Origin: Ralstonia phage Adzire
Direction: 5' to 3' (one strand)
Sequence record: MT740725.1
Length of the DNA: 13,728 bases
Below are positions 1-8,201 of the stretch, one piece after another. The notes beneath the pieces were generated by a model. That model made no database searches, was not told the origin of the DNA, and saw only the letters and a list, made by a program, of their open reading frames with translations. The translations under genes were made by a program, and so were the position numbers. Position 1 is the stretch's first letter; the number at the start of each line of letters is the position of its first letter.

Positions 1-1
1 T

Positions 2-679
2 CTGCTGTTTCAGCCGATGGACCCGAGCAACAACGACAGCGTCGACATCGCCGTGTGGGACGGCAAAGTCTTCGTGCCGCTGTTCTCCGGCGTGATCACG
101 TGGTCGGCGGCCGACCTGTCGCAGATGCCGCAGGCCAAACTGGTAATCGAAGCCAACTCGGCGTTCCGGCTGATGAACGACCCCGCGCCGCCCTACGCCA
201 ACCCGGGGCCGGTTTTGTTGTCGGCAGCGATCAGGGCGATCGTGGCGCCCGCCGGTTTTATGGTCGACTTCTACGGCACCGACCAGACGCTGACAAGCGT
301 GCGCGTGGAGGGCTCGCGCTACGATCAGGTGGCGAAACTGTTTGAGGGTTTTCCCTCGTTGTCGTTTTACAACAGTTTGCAGCGGCTTGTCGTGCGCGAT
401 GTCGATGCGCCAATCGATGCCAAACCGATTCGTGTGGCGCCCGATAGCGGGCTTATCTCCTATCCGGTCTATAGCAGCAGCGGCATGACGTTCGTGACCG
501 TGTTCAACCCGCAGATGATTCCCGGCATCCCCTGCAAGTTCACCACCGGTCTTACCTTTATCGATCAAACCACGTGGTGCGCGGCACTGCTCGCGCACGA
601 ACTGGATGTCAATCTGCCCGGTGGCGCGTGGCAAACGTCGGTCGCAGCAAACCCCGCCTCGGCACTCCCCGGCACCTGA
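2..679 (+). CDS. Phage baseplate hub / tail protein (5' partial)
   Basis: Frame is open from base 2 through the ATG at 17 to TGA at 677-679. It is followed directly by other baseplate genes. Product inferred from the overall protein sequence and synteny. Confidence 0.6.
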   Translation: MLFQPMDPSNNDSVDIAVWDGKVFVPLFSGVITWSAADLSQMPQAKLVIEANSAFRLMNDPAPPYANPGPVLLSAAIRAIVAPAGFMVDFYGTDQTLTSVRVEGSRYDQVAKLFEGFPSLSFYNSLQRLVVRDVDAPIDAKPIRVAPDSGLISYPVYSSSGMTFVTVFNPQMIPGIPCKFTTGLTFIDQTTWCAALLAHELDVNLPGGAWQTSVAANPASALPGT

Positions 680-680
680 T

Positions 681-1409
681 ATGCGATTCAACTCGACACT
701 CGAAGAGCAGTTCGACCCCGACCGCGCACTGCGCTTCAAGATTCTGCAGATCGTGCGCGGCATCCACACGGCGCAACTCGTCAAGGTGCTTGCCGTACGC
801 CCGGATTCGTTCACGGGACAGGTGGACGTGCAGCCGCTGATCGTCGACATCACGACCGACGATTTGGTCGTCGAACAAGCGCCGATCTACGGCGTGCCCT
901 ACATGCGACTACAGGGGGGTGAGTCCGCAGTGATCCTCGACCCGGTCGTGGGCGACATCGGCTTGGCCGTGTTTGCCGAGCGCGACATCACCCAACTCAA
1001 GAGCACGCGCGCCGAAGCCCCACCCAACACCGATCGCGCCTACAGCGCTGCCGACGGGCTCTACCTGGGCGGCTTCCTGAACGCCGCACCGACACAGTTC
1101 GTGCGCATGAATCACCCCGCGGCGGGTATCGACATTGTGTCTCCCGGCGCAATCAGCTTGCAGGCCGGTACGACGGTGCACATCCAGTCCGGCACGACCA
1201 CGACGGTCGACGCACCGGGCGGCTTTATCGTCAACGCCAACATGACGCTCAACGGGTCGATGAGTCAGACGCGCGCCGGCGCGGGCAACTCGGTGTTTGC
1301 CGCGCCGATCACGACGCCCGATGTTATCCTGCCGACCTTCAACGTCGCAGGGCACAAGCACGGCGGCGTGCAAACGGGCGGCGGTGATACGGGCACGGGA
1401 CACAATTGA
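681..1409 (+). CDS. Baseplate assembly/spike protein (Gp138/GpV-like)
   Basis: ORF 606..1409 most likely starts at the ATG at 681 (MRFNSTLEEQFDPDRALRF...). That start is 1 nt after the upstream stop. Pattern: N-terminal OB-like region, ISLQAGTTVHIQSG spike-like repeats, C-terminal HKHGG. Confidence 0.65.
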   Translation: MRFNSTLEEQFDPDRALRFKILQIVRGIHTAQLVKVLAVRPDSFTGQVDVQPLIVDITTDDLVVEQAPIYGVPYMRLQGGESAVILDPVVGDIGLAVFAERDITQLKSTRAEAPPNTDRAYSAADGLYLGGFLNAAPTQFVRMNHPAAGIDIVSPGAISLQAGTTVHIQSGTTTTVDAPGGFIVNANMTLNGSMSQTRAGAGNSVFAAPITTPDVILPTFNVAGHKHGGVQTGGGDTGTGHN

Positions 1410-1456
1410 CGTTGTGTTGACACAATAGTCATGCGCCGCGTGTTACACTCGCGCGC

Positions 1457-2698
1457 ATGACGACATCCAATGTCCCTGTTCCGACATTCACCACGACCGG
1501 CCTGTCGATGCCTGCCGAGCAAGAGTTGCTTGCAGGCGTGCAACAGGATTGGGTGTCCGCTTTCGCGCTCGTCGGTAAATCGCTTGTTACCGATCTGACA
1601 ACGCCGCAAGGGCAGATCATGACGGCGCAAGCCTACATGTTGGCTAACTTCGACGCGTTGCTCGCCAAACTGATCAGCGAAGTCGACCCGGCCACGGCTG
1701 ACGGCGTGTTCCAAGATGCGCTGGCGCGCATCTACTTCCTGACCCGCCACCCGGCCACGTCGACGCTCGTCACGGCGACGATCACGGGCACGCCGGGCAC
1801 CAACGTACCGGCCGGCACGCAAGCGGTCACCGTCAACGACGACATCTTTGTGCTCACGCAGTCGGTGACGATCAGCAACTCGTCCACCGTCAGCGGGATT
1901 TTTGCTTCCCAGGTGGTCGGTTCCGTGCCGTGCGGGGCAGGCGAGCTTAACCGCTGGTATCAACGCGTAGCGGGGGCTGACAGCTTAACCAACGCGGCGC
2001 CCGGCGTGCTCGGCGCAGCCGCCGAGTCTCGCGTCGACTTCGAGCAGCGTCGCGCCGACAGCGTGCAGATCGGCGGCATCGGTCAGATTCAGACGATTCG
2101 CGCTGCGGTCGCCAATTTGGCCGGCGTGACCGACGTGTTTGCCTACGACAACGCCACCAGCGCACCGATCACCTACGGCGCGACGAACTACCCGATCCCG
2201 GCGAATTCGATCGTGGTGAGCGTCACGGGTGGCGACGGCCAGACCATCGCCAACACGATCTGGGGCAAAAAAGACGTTGGTGCTGGCTATGCCACATCCG
2301 GCGCAACGCTTTACACCGTGCAGGATACGACCGGCTATGTCGCACCGTATCCAACCTACAACGTCTATGTCCTGCGCCCAGCCGCGACGCAGGTGTACTT
2401 CATCGTCAACCTGCTCAACGGCCCGAACGTGCCCGCGAACTACGCGACGCAGGTACAGAACGCGATCATTGCAGCCTTCACGAGCGGCGCGGACGGCCAG
2501 CCCAAAGCGCGTATTGGCGGTCAGATTCGTGCCGCACGTTTCGTGCAGACGGTCGCAAATCTGGGTAACAACATCGTCCCCGTGTCGATCACGATTGGTC
2601 TCACCTCCGGCGCTGGCAACGCCTCGGTGACGATGGGTGTCGACCAACAACCGGTGACAGCCGTCGAAAACATCGTCGTCAACCTCGTCAGCGGGTGA
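1457..2698 (+). CDS. Baseplate J-like protein
   Basis: 413 aa ORF between other baseplate/tail genes. Contains GDGQTIANTIWGKK-like and IVSVTGGDG segments typical of gpJ-like baseplate proteins. Confidence 0.65.
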   Translation: MTTSNVPVPTFTTTGLSMPAEQELLAGVQQDWVSAFALVGKSLVTDLTTPQGQIMTAQAYMLANFDALLAKLISEVDPATADGVFQDALARIYFLTRHPATSTLVTATITGTPGTNVPAGTQAVTVNDDIFVLTQSVTISNSSTVSGIFASQVVGSVPCGAGELNRWYQRVAGADSLTNAAPGVLGAAAESRVDFEQRRADSVQIGGIGQIQTIRAAVANLAGVTDVFAYDNATSAPITYGATNYPIPANSIVVSVTGGDGQTIANTIWGKKDVGAGYATSGATLYTVQDTTGYVAPYPTYNVYVLRPAATQVYFIVNLLNGPNVPANYATQVQNAIIAAFTSGADGQPKARIGGQIRAARFVQTVANLGNNIVPVSITIGLTSGAGNASVTMGVDQQPVTAVENIVVNLVSG

Positions 2699-2701
2699 CG
2701 C

Positions 2702-3397
2702 ATGAGCAATTACGCCGTCACAATCCAGAAGCAGTATGCCAACAGTCCGGTGTTGACGGGCTTGCTCGCTTTTATGGATCAGTGGCTGAACCCTGAGAAA
2801 TTCACCGTTGATTTTTTGTCGTGGGTGTGGGACATCAACACGGCGCAGGGGTTCGGGCTCGACATCTGGGGGCGCATTCTTGGGCTGTCCCGCTATCTGA
2901 AAGTGGTACCCACGCCCGGCAACAATATGGGCTGGAACACCGCCCCCACCACCGGGCAGACCAACTGGAAACCTTGGAGCGTAGCACCGTTCTGGAGTGG
3001 TACACAACTGGCCAACGGCACTTATGCGCTCGACGATACCAATTACCGCAACCTGTTGATGATCAAAGCAGCGGCGAACATTGCCGCATCGGACGCGAAG
3101 TCGATCAACTTCCTGTTGCGCCAACTCTTCGGCAGCACTGGCACGGCGTTTGTGGGGGATGACCTCGACATGACGTGCAACTATTTTTTCTTTTTCACGC
3201 CTACGCCTGTGCAAAAGGCGATTATCGAGGGCGGTTTCCTGCCACGGCCGGCTGGCGTGCTGGTGCGTTACATCTACATGACGCGCACGTATTCGCCATT
3301 CGGTTTCCGAGAAATGAACAGCGGTTTTCTGTCGAACGCGGTAAAACCGTGGAGTATCCCGGGTTCGCCTTTTTACAACGGTAACCCGACCGGCTGA
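2702..3397 (+). CDS. Phage tail protein, DUF2612-like
   Basis: 231 aa; N-terminus MSNYAVTIQKQYANSPVLTGLLAFMDQWLNP...FLSWVWDINTAQGFGLDIWGRILGLSR resembles DUF2612 phage proteins. Located just after the baseplate J gene. Confidence 0.7.
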   Translation: MSNYAVTIQKQYANSPVLTGLLAFMDQWLNPEKFTVDFLSWVWDINTAQGFGLDIWGRILGLSRYLKVVPTPGNNMGWNTAPTTGQTNWKPWSVAPFWSGTQLANGTYALDDTNYRNLLMIKAAANIAASDAKSINFLLRQLFGSTGTAFVGDDLDMTCNYFFFFTPTPVQKAIIEGGFLPRPAGVLVRYIYMTRTYSPFGFREMNSGFLSNAVKPWSIPGSPFYNGNPTG

Positions 3398-3416
3398 TTG
3401 ACCAAGGATTGACAAC

Positions 3417-5450
3417 ATGCAGAACAGCAATCGACCGACCCGCTTTACGCTGCCCTTTGCGCAGAACGACAGCAGCCGTGTTGAAATCCCGGTCACGACC
3501 GCGGACGCAACCCGCGCAAGCCTATCGCTGGGTTTCCCCCCGCTGACCATGACGCCGCCCGAGGCGGGCGGTGTTCCGCCGCAGGGCGAGGATTTCAACG
3601 GCGCGATGAATCAGATTGCGCGTGCGGTGCGCTGGGTCGCCGCCGGCGCGTTCTGGCCGTACGATGCGACGTTTTCGGGCGACACCAATGTTGGCGGCTA
3701 CCCGCAAGGGTCGATTGTTCAGAACTCGACGTTCACGGGGTGGCTGGGCAGTCGTGTCGAGAACAACACGACGAATCCGACAGCGGGCCCCTCGGGCAAT
3801 TGGGGGCCGCTGACCAACGCGGGCTATGAAATCGCCATGGCGAGCGGCACGGCCGCGTCGCTGTTGCTGACAGATGAACAAGCAGCGTCCGGATATGTGC
3901 GCCTGACCGGCACGGTGTTTCGCAACACGTCGATCGTGTTGCCTACTACGACCGGGCTGAATTTCTCTTTCATCCACGACGCAGCCAACGACACGACCGC
4001 ACCGACCGCGGTGATTTCGGTCGTCGACGGCTACAGCAACTCAGTGCCGGTCTATCCGGGCCAGCGCGTGAACTTCCGCACGCGCAACGATGGCCAGCTG
4101 GTTGCTGTGTCGACGGGGGCGGCGCCGAACCAGTTCAGCAGCCTGCAAACGGTCAGCGGCGCGACCACGCTGCCGACAACGTACGCTGGCGCGCTAGTGC
4201 TGCTTACGGGCGCCACCAACTACACTGTGACGTTGCCGCTCGCGTCCACCTTCGCACCGGGCGCGCCGATTGACTTCCTGGCCGAGACGTCGGCAAACGT
4301 CACAGTCACGATTGCACGTCAGGGCACGAGCGACACGATCACGGGCAGCGGCACGGTGTCGGGGCGCACTTCGCTGGTGATGTACAACGGCGACAAGCTG
4401 ACGCTGGTGTCCGATGGCACCAAATGGCACGCGCAGGCCGGCACGGCCGCAATGCAATTCGCGCAGTCGCAGAACAACGTCAAAACCGTCAGCGCCGCTA
4501 CTACGCTGGACGGCTCTTATGGGCGCGTCACGACAGTTGCCACGGGATCGTCGCCCTACACCATCACTCTGCACGCCGCCAGTAGCGTCCAACCGGGCAC
4601 GCCGTACAACTTCCTGTCTATCAACTCCTCGACAACAACGGTCAGCCGGGCAGGCTCCGATGTGCTCGTCGCCAACAACGCTAATCAGGCGTTGAGCAGT
4701 CTTGTCTTAAACAGTGGGGATACGGCTCAGATCGTGTCGGATGGGGTATCTAAATGGTATCTAGTCGACGGCTCTGCGCAAGGGAACTACGCGGCGGGGC
4801 TTGCGGGAAAATTGATTAACATCCGTGTCTTCACCACCGGAGGCACCTATACAGCCACGACAGGGACCAACAGTGTGGTGGTTGAGGGTGTGGGCGGCGG
4901 CGGCGCCGGCGGTGGCGCCCCCGCCGCCGGTAGTGGCAACATAACTGTTGGTGCCGGCGGCGGGTCGGGTGCTTATGGTTGGGTGCGTCTGACGTCCGGG
5001 TTCAACGGGCAGACAATCACAATCGGCACGGGCGGCAGCGGGGTCGCCGGCGGCACGGGTGGGAGTGGTGGTACGACGTCGTTTGGTACCTCACTCGTGC
5101 TCGGCGGGGGCTCTGGCGGCGGCCCGGGCGTAATTATGAGCAGCAGCGGGCTGGGCGGTCAACCCGGCGGCGGCGGCCCTGCGACGGCAGCGACCGTTGG
5201 TGTGCCTGGGGGCTCCGGTTTTACCGGCCTTGCGATCACTGCTTCGATTGGTCAAAGCGGTGCGGGCGGATCGACACGTTTCGGTGCGGGTGGCGGCACA
5301 ACGCAGGGCGGCGGACCGACGGCGACTTCAGGTTTCGCCGGCACCGGTTACGGTGCCGGTGGTAGCGGCGCACTAGGTATTAGTAACACCGTCGTGCCCA
5401 CCGGAGGCGCGGGGGCTCCGGGGCTCATCATCGTCTATGAATACGCCTAA
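3417..5450 (+). CDS. Tail fibre / receptor-binding protein with glycine-rich C-terminal domain
   Basis: 677 aa; two related beta-rich modules followed by about 180 residues of GGGG/GAGGSG repeats, ending GAPGLIIVYEYA. Confidence 0.75.
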   Translation: MQNSNRPTRFTLPFAQNDSSRVEIPVTTADATRASLSLGFPPLTMTPPEAGGVPPQGEDFNGAMNQIARAVRWVAAGAFWPYDATFSGDTNVGGYPQGSIVQNSTFTGWLGSRVENNTTNPTAGPSGNWGPLTNAGYEIAMASGTAASLLLTDEQAASGYVRLTGTVFRNTSIVLPTTTGLNFSFIHDAANDTTAPTAVISVVDGYSNSVPVYPGQRVNFRTRNDGQLVAVSTGAAPNQFSSLQTVSGATTLPTTYAGALVLLTGATNYTVTLPLASTFAPGAPIDFLAETSANVTVTIARQGTSDTITGSGTVSGRTSLVMYNGDKLTLVSDGTKWHAQAGTAAMQFAQSQNNVKTVSAATTLDGSYGRVTTVATGSSPYTITLHAASSVQPGTPYNFLSINSSTTTVSRAGSDVLVANNANQALSSLVLNSGDTAQIVSDGVSKWYLVDGSAQGNYAAGLAGKLINIRVFTTGGTYTATTGTNSVVVEGVGGGGAGGGAPAAGSGNITVGAGGGSGAYGWVRLTSGFNGQTITIGTGGSGVAGGTGGSGGTTSFGTSLVLGGGSGGGPGVIMSSSGLGGQPGGGGPATAATVGVPGGSGFTGLAITASIGQSGAGGSTRFGAGGGTTQGGGPTATSGFAGTGYGAGGSGALGISNTVVPTGGAGAPGLIIVYEYA

Positions 5451-5453
5451 GAT

Positions 5454-5810
5454 ATGGCATTCGATCCCGAGGGGCGATTCGCCTCAGACGTCGGACATGC
5501 TGCCTTGGCAGGCTTGGGCGGCCTGATCGCTACGCTTATGAGACGCGAAGCCAGAAACTGGCGAGAGGCGCTTCTAGGGGCGGCTGGTGCGGCCTTCGTC
5601 GGCTATCTGGTGGCCAAGTTGTGCCACGCGACGGGTGTGTCCGACGAGTTGACTTCCGTACTCGTCGGCGTCTCCGGGTGGCTGGGCGCGCAGCAGACGA
5701 TCACCGTGTTGGCAGACGTGCTGCGCGAGCGGCTTACCCCCGGCGTGAAAGGGCTGGAGTTGCCCCCAGTCATCGCGCCGCCGCCCGATAAAAACGACCC
5801 CAAGACATGA
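5454..5810 (+). CDS. Putative phage holin-like membrane protein
   Basis: 118 aa with hydrophobic segments (LAGLGGLIATLM, ALLGAAGAAFVGYLVAKL, LTSVLVGVSGWLGAQQTITVL), directly after the tail fibre gene. Confidence 0.55.
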   Translation: MAFDPEGRFASDVGHAALAGLGGLIATLMRREARNWREALLGAAGAAFVGYLVAKLCHATGVSDELTSVLVGVSGWLGAQQTITVLADVLRERLTPGVKGLELPPVIAPPPDKNDPKT

Positions 5811-5840
5811 AAAAAAGCCCCGCAATGCGGGGCTTTTTTC
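5811..5840. terminator. Bidirectional intrinsic terminator between convergent genes
   Basis: AAAAAA-GCCCCGC-AAT-GCGGGGC-TTTTTT: 7-bp GC stem (5817-5823/5827-5833) with an A-tract on the left and a T-tract on the right. Confidence 0.93.
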
Positions 5841-5891
5841 TCATCAGTCTGCGAGGGAAACCTCGGCCTTCAGGCCGAGGAGGTAGAGCGC
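5841..5891 (-). repeat. 51-bp direct repeat, copy 1 (iscB 3' end / right-end hairpin)
   Basis: tcatcagtctgcgagggaaacctcggccttcaggccgaggaggtagagcgc, identical to 8404-8454. Confidence 0.97.
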
Positions 5892-7259
5892 CGAGGCCGC
5901 AGGCCTCTTTGCTTTGCCAGGTTGAGAATTGGCGGGGCTAGCAAGGGCGTAGCCGTAGCCATCACCTCTTTGCGCCACTCTGCAGTGCTTGTGGGAAATG
6001 CCCTGTACAGTCGGCAATCCGGGCTTTCCCGGTTGGATATTGAACGAGCCGGTTTGTCGAATCGCCACCCTACCCTTGTAGGTGCCCGCCTTTTTTCCGC
6101 TAGGCACCGATGCGATAACCATATCGCCAGTGCGAAAGCCAAAGGCCGTCTTGTTGCGGGCGAGATAGGCACGCGGAAAGCCATATTGATTGAGCCGGGT
6201 GCGGCTACGGGAACCGCGCCCAGTGCACTTCACTACCAGCACAGGCGCGCCGCTGCCAGTGACTCTGTCCGCGCGGCCGACGCAAGCGGCATCGAGAGAA
6301 TGCGTTTTGGGTAGACCCAGGCGCGTGCGATTCCACTTCGTCTGTCCGCCGCTGCCGGTGGTGACCGGCAGGCCTGTGCCCTTGAGCGCGTTAAGCAATG
6401 CCCACCGCGTCGCGTTGACAGCCGCCGCGTCCCGCAGCGGTGCCTTTGCTCGAGCGAGAATCCGTTCGAGTCGCATCGGGTCTTTAGCGAGGAAGACCCG
6501 AATGTCCTGACTGTCTTTCTTCTCGTTGCAGGGCTGACAAGCTAGCGTCAGGTTGCTGACCCGGTTAGAGCCCCCTCGAGCCTTCGGGTGAATGTGCTCG
6601 ACTTGCAGCGGTACGCCGGTTTCGTCGCAGTACTGACAGGTGCGTCCGAATTTTTCCAGCAGATACTCGCGGACTTCATAGCCAGCAAGCTCGCCTTGCT
6701 GATACTCGACGCCGGATATCTCGGCATTCTGCATCAGTTGCATGTCGAAGCGCACGAGCTCCTGGGCAAGGTGGGTAATCGGAGCCAAGCGGCAAAGCCG
6801 CTTGACCCACGACACCGTCGTATCAACACGATGCTGCAAAGAAGGCGGCAACCAGCCTTCTTTGCGAGTGCGGTTGTCAAAACGAGGCGCCCGGTAGCGC
6901 AGGTTACCGCGCCGGCGGCGGCGCATTGCGGCCCGGGCATGCAAGGCCTCTTTGATAGCGTGTCCGCGATGCACCAGGTCCATCAGAAAACGGATGTGCA
7001 TGACGCGTTCGACCACACCATCTACGTCGATTCGCTCCTCGACCCGGCATACCGCAAGGCCGGTTGTCTTGCTGCCGGGGTCAAGCTTCAACTCAAGCGG
7101 TTGTAGAACGGAGTTCGCTTGTTGCCGGTCGATGAGCCGAATAGTGAACGGATAGAGCCGATGTACGCGAGCGCGCCCCGCGCTGAGGAGTTTCCTCGCG
7201 CGTTGCTCGCTGCACGGCATCAACGGCGCTCCGTTGCGACCCAGGACAAAGACTGACAA
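5844..7259 (-). CDS. iscB: IscB-family RNA-guided endonuclease (PLMP, split RuvC, HNH)
   Basis: 471 aa, TTG start with AGGAG 6 nt upstream. Motifs: N-terminal RNGAPLMPC; RuvC-I LKLDPGSKTTGLAV; Arg-rich bridge ARAAMRRRRRGNLRYRAPRF; RuvC-II AQELVRFD; HNH with zinc Cys pairs CQYC..VEHIHPKARGGSNRVSNLTLACQPCNEKK; RuvC-III THSLDAACVG. Confidence 0.95.
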   Translation of the reverse strand: MSVFVLGRNGAPLMPCSEQRARKLLSAGRARVHRLYPFTIRLIDRQQANSVLQPLELKLDPGSKTTGLAVCRVEERIDVDGVVERVMHIRFLMDLVHRGHAIKEALHARAAMRRRRRGNLRYRAPRFDNRTRKEGWLPPSLQHRVDTTVSWVKRLCRLAPITHLAQELVRFDMQLMQNAEISGVEYQQGELAGYEVREYLLEKFGRTCQYCDETGVPLQVEHIHPKARGGSNRVSNLTLACQPCNEKKDSQDIRVFLAKDPMRLERILARAKAPLRDAAAVNATRWALLNALKGTGLPVTTGSGGQTKWNRTRLGLPKTHSLDAACVGRADRVTGSGAPVLVVKCTGRGSRSRTRLNQYGFPRAYLARNKTAFGFRTGDMVIASVPSGKKAGTYKGRVAIRQTGSFNIQPGKPGLPTVQGISHKHCRVAQRGDGYGYALASPANSQPGKAKRPAASALYLLGLKAEVSLAD

Positions 7260-7261
7260 AA

Positions 7262-7588
7262 AGTGCTCCTTTTTACGTTAAACCATGCTGTCTTTCCAGC
7301 TGTCAGCCCTTACGGGCCTTGTGACGGTCACCTCGCGGTGACGCTCTCCTCGGGAATGTTGCAAGCCGGCTTAGGCAGGTTGCCCTGCCTTGTTGCGGTC
7401 CGTTTCGTGCGTACCCTGTAGCTTGTCTGCTACCGCAACTTCGAGAGTCCGGAACTGGAGAAGCATTCCGGAGTCGGTCTTGTACCTACTTGCAACGTAG
7501 CGGGCTGGTTACCGCTTTCCCTGGTCAACCCGAGCTTTTACAAGCTCCGGCCTTCAGGCCGGGGTGGTTGACACACCGTCCGGGCGTT
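7262..7588 (-). ncRNA. Candidate IscB omega-RNA (scaffold about 7262-7572, guide about 7573-7588)
   Basis: Non-coding stretch directly 5' of iscB. A closing stem GTCAACC (7572-7566) pairs with GGTTGAC (7530-7524) and encloses two hairpins. Further stems: 7392-7398/7433-7439 and 7418-7422/7429-7433. Tetraloop hairpins (- strand): GGCAGG-GCAA-CCTGCC (7374-7389), GTCACC-GCGA-GGTGAC (7327-7342), GCCC-GTAA-GGGC (7306-7317). Confidence 0.85.
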
Positions 7589-7589
7589 C

Positions 7590-7835
7590 GATCAGCGATT
7601 GATCCCACGGCAGCGTGCCGGGGCGGAACGACGCAAACGCTGCGGCAGGGATCAGGCCGTCGGCCTGCAATTGCCGATACCCGCGTTTAAATGGTTCAGC
7701 CGATAGATAAGCGCGCCCATCTGCATCAATCGCCAACCAGCGGTACTGCGGTGCAACGGCCGACCAGTCGATCGATGGGGGTTCGGGCCGCACGCGATAG
7801 CAGAGACCGTGCGCCCAAGAAGGCAGCGACACCAA
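7590..7835 (-). CDS. Hypothetical phage protein, possibly 5'-truncated; original 3' end adjoins the IscB element
   Basis: ORF 7554..7835 (-), TTG start with GAGG 6 nt upstream. Coding-like sequence extends upstream without a start codon to a TAG at 7899-7901. Its last codons (...VSTTPA) run into the element, so the native 3' end is approximate. Confidence 0.45.
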
Positions 7836-7898
7836 ACGCCACCTCGCTTCTGCAACGGTAGCGCACTCGATCGGCTTGCCGTCGATCCAGGCACCCCA

Positions 7899-8201
7899 CT
7901 AGGACGCCTGCGGCGTCCGCGCTCTTGACCTCGGGCTGAACCCCGAGGCTTCCCGCGCATCTGGTGAGTGGCGCCGCCGCCGATAACGTGAGCCTTTGAT
8001 GCTGTGATACCGATGCCAGCGTGCCGCCCGCGCTGCCCAAACCCGCAGCCGGACATAGACCGTAAGGCTTAGAGCGTCGAGTCGCGGCCTAGCCCATTTG
8101 TATAGTATTTGGGCTATGTTGTACAGTCGCAACATACCCCGCAGAACCAGCAGCGCAGGCAGCCCGAACACGAATAGCAGACCTACCGCGGCGATGTCCA
8201 T
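7899..8201 (-). CDS. Small membrane-anchored phage hypothetical protein
   Basis: ATG at 8201 overlaps the stop of the Imm-like gene. N-terminus MDIAAVGLLFVFGLPALLVLRGMLRLYNIAQILYKW looks like a transmembrane segment followed by basic residues. The C-terminal tail crosses a hairpin region. Confidence 0.5.
   Translation of the reverse strand: MDIAAVGLLFVFGLPALLVLRGMLRLYNIAQILYKWARPRLDALSLTVYVRLRVWAARAARWHRYHSIKGSRYRRRRHSPDAREASGFSPRSRARTPQAS

Larger units (their letters stand above)
5841..7572 (-). mobile_element. IS200/IS605-superfamily-like IscB element (non-autonomous, no TnpA)
   Basis: Intact iscB, structured upstream RNA region and related subterminal hairpins at both ends: CCGGCCT-TC-AGGCCGG at 7547-7562 and CCTCGGCCT-TC-AGGCCGAGG at 5861-5880. 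Exact ends are estimates. Confidence 0.8.

Noticed and set aside
1985-3598. 537-aa antisense ORF on the - strand (and 267-aa or smaller overlapping ORFs in the tail region)
   Set aside because: Opposite to three well-supported, contiguous tail genes. Low-complexity, Arg/His-rich composition typical of antisense frames in GC-rich DNA.
5811-5840. Hairpin at 5817-5833 as part of the IS right end
   Set aside because: A-tract/stem/T-tract symmetry between converging genes fits a native bidirectional terminator, and it is absent next to the second right-end copy.
5922-7155. Several + strand ORFs inside iscB (5922..6314, 6190..6510, 6588..7106, 6952..7155)
   Set aside because: Antisense frames of the strongly supported IscB coding sequence; no domain-like motifs or RBS evidence.
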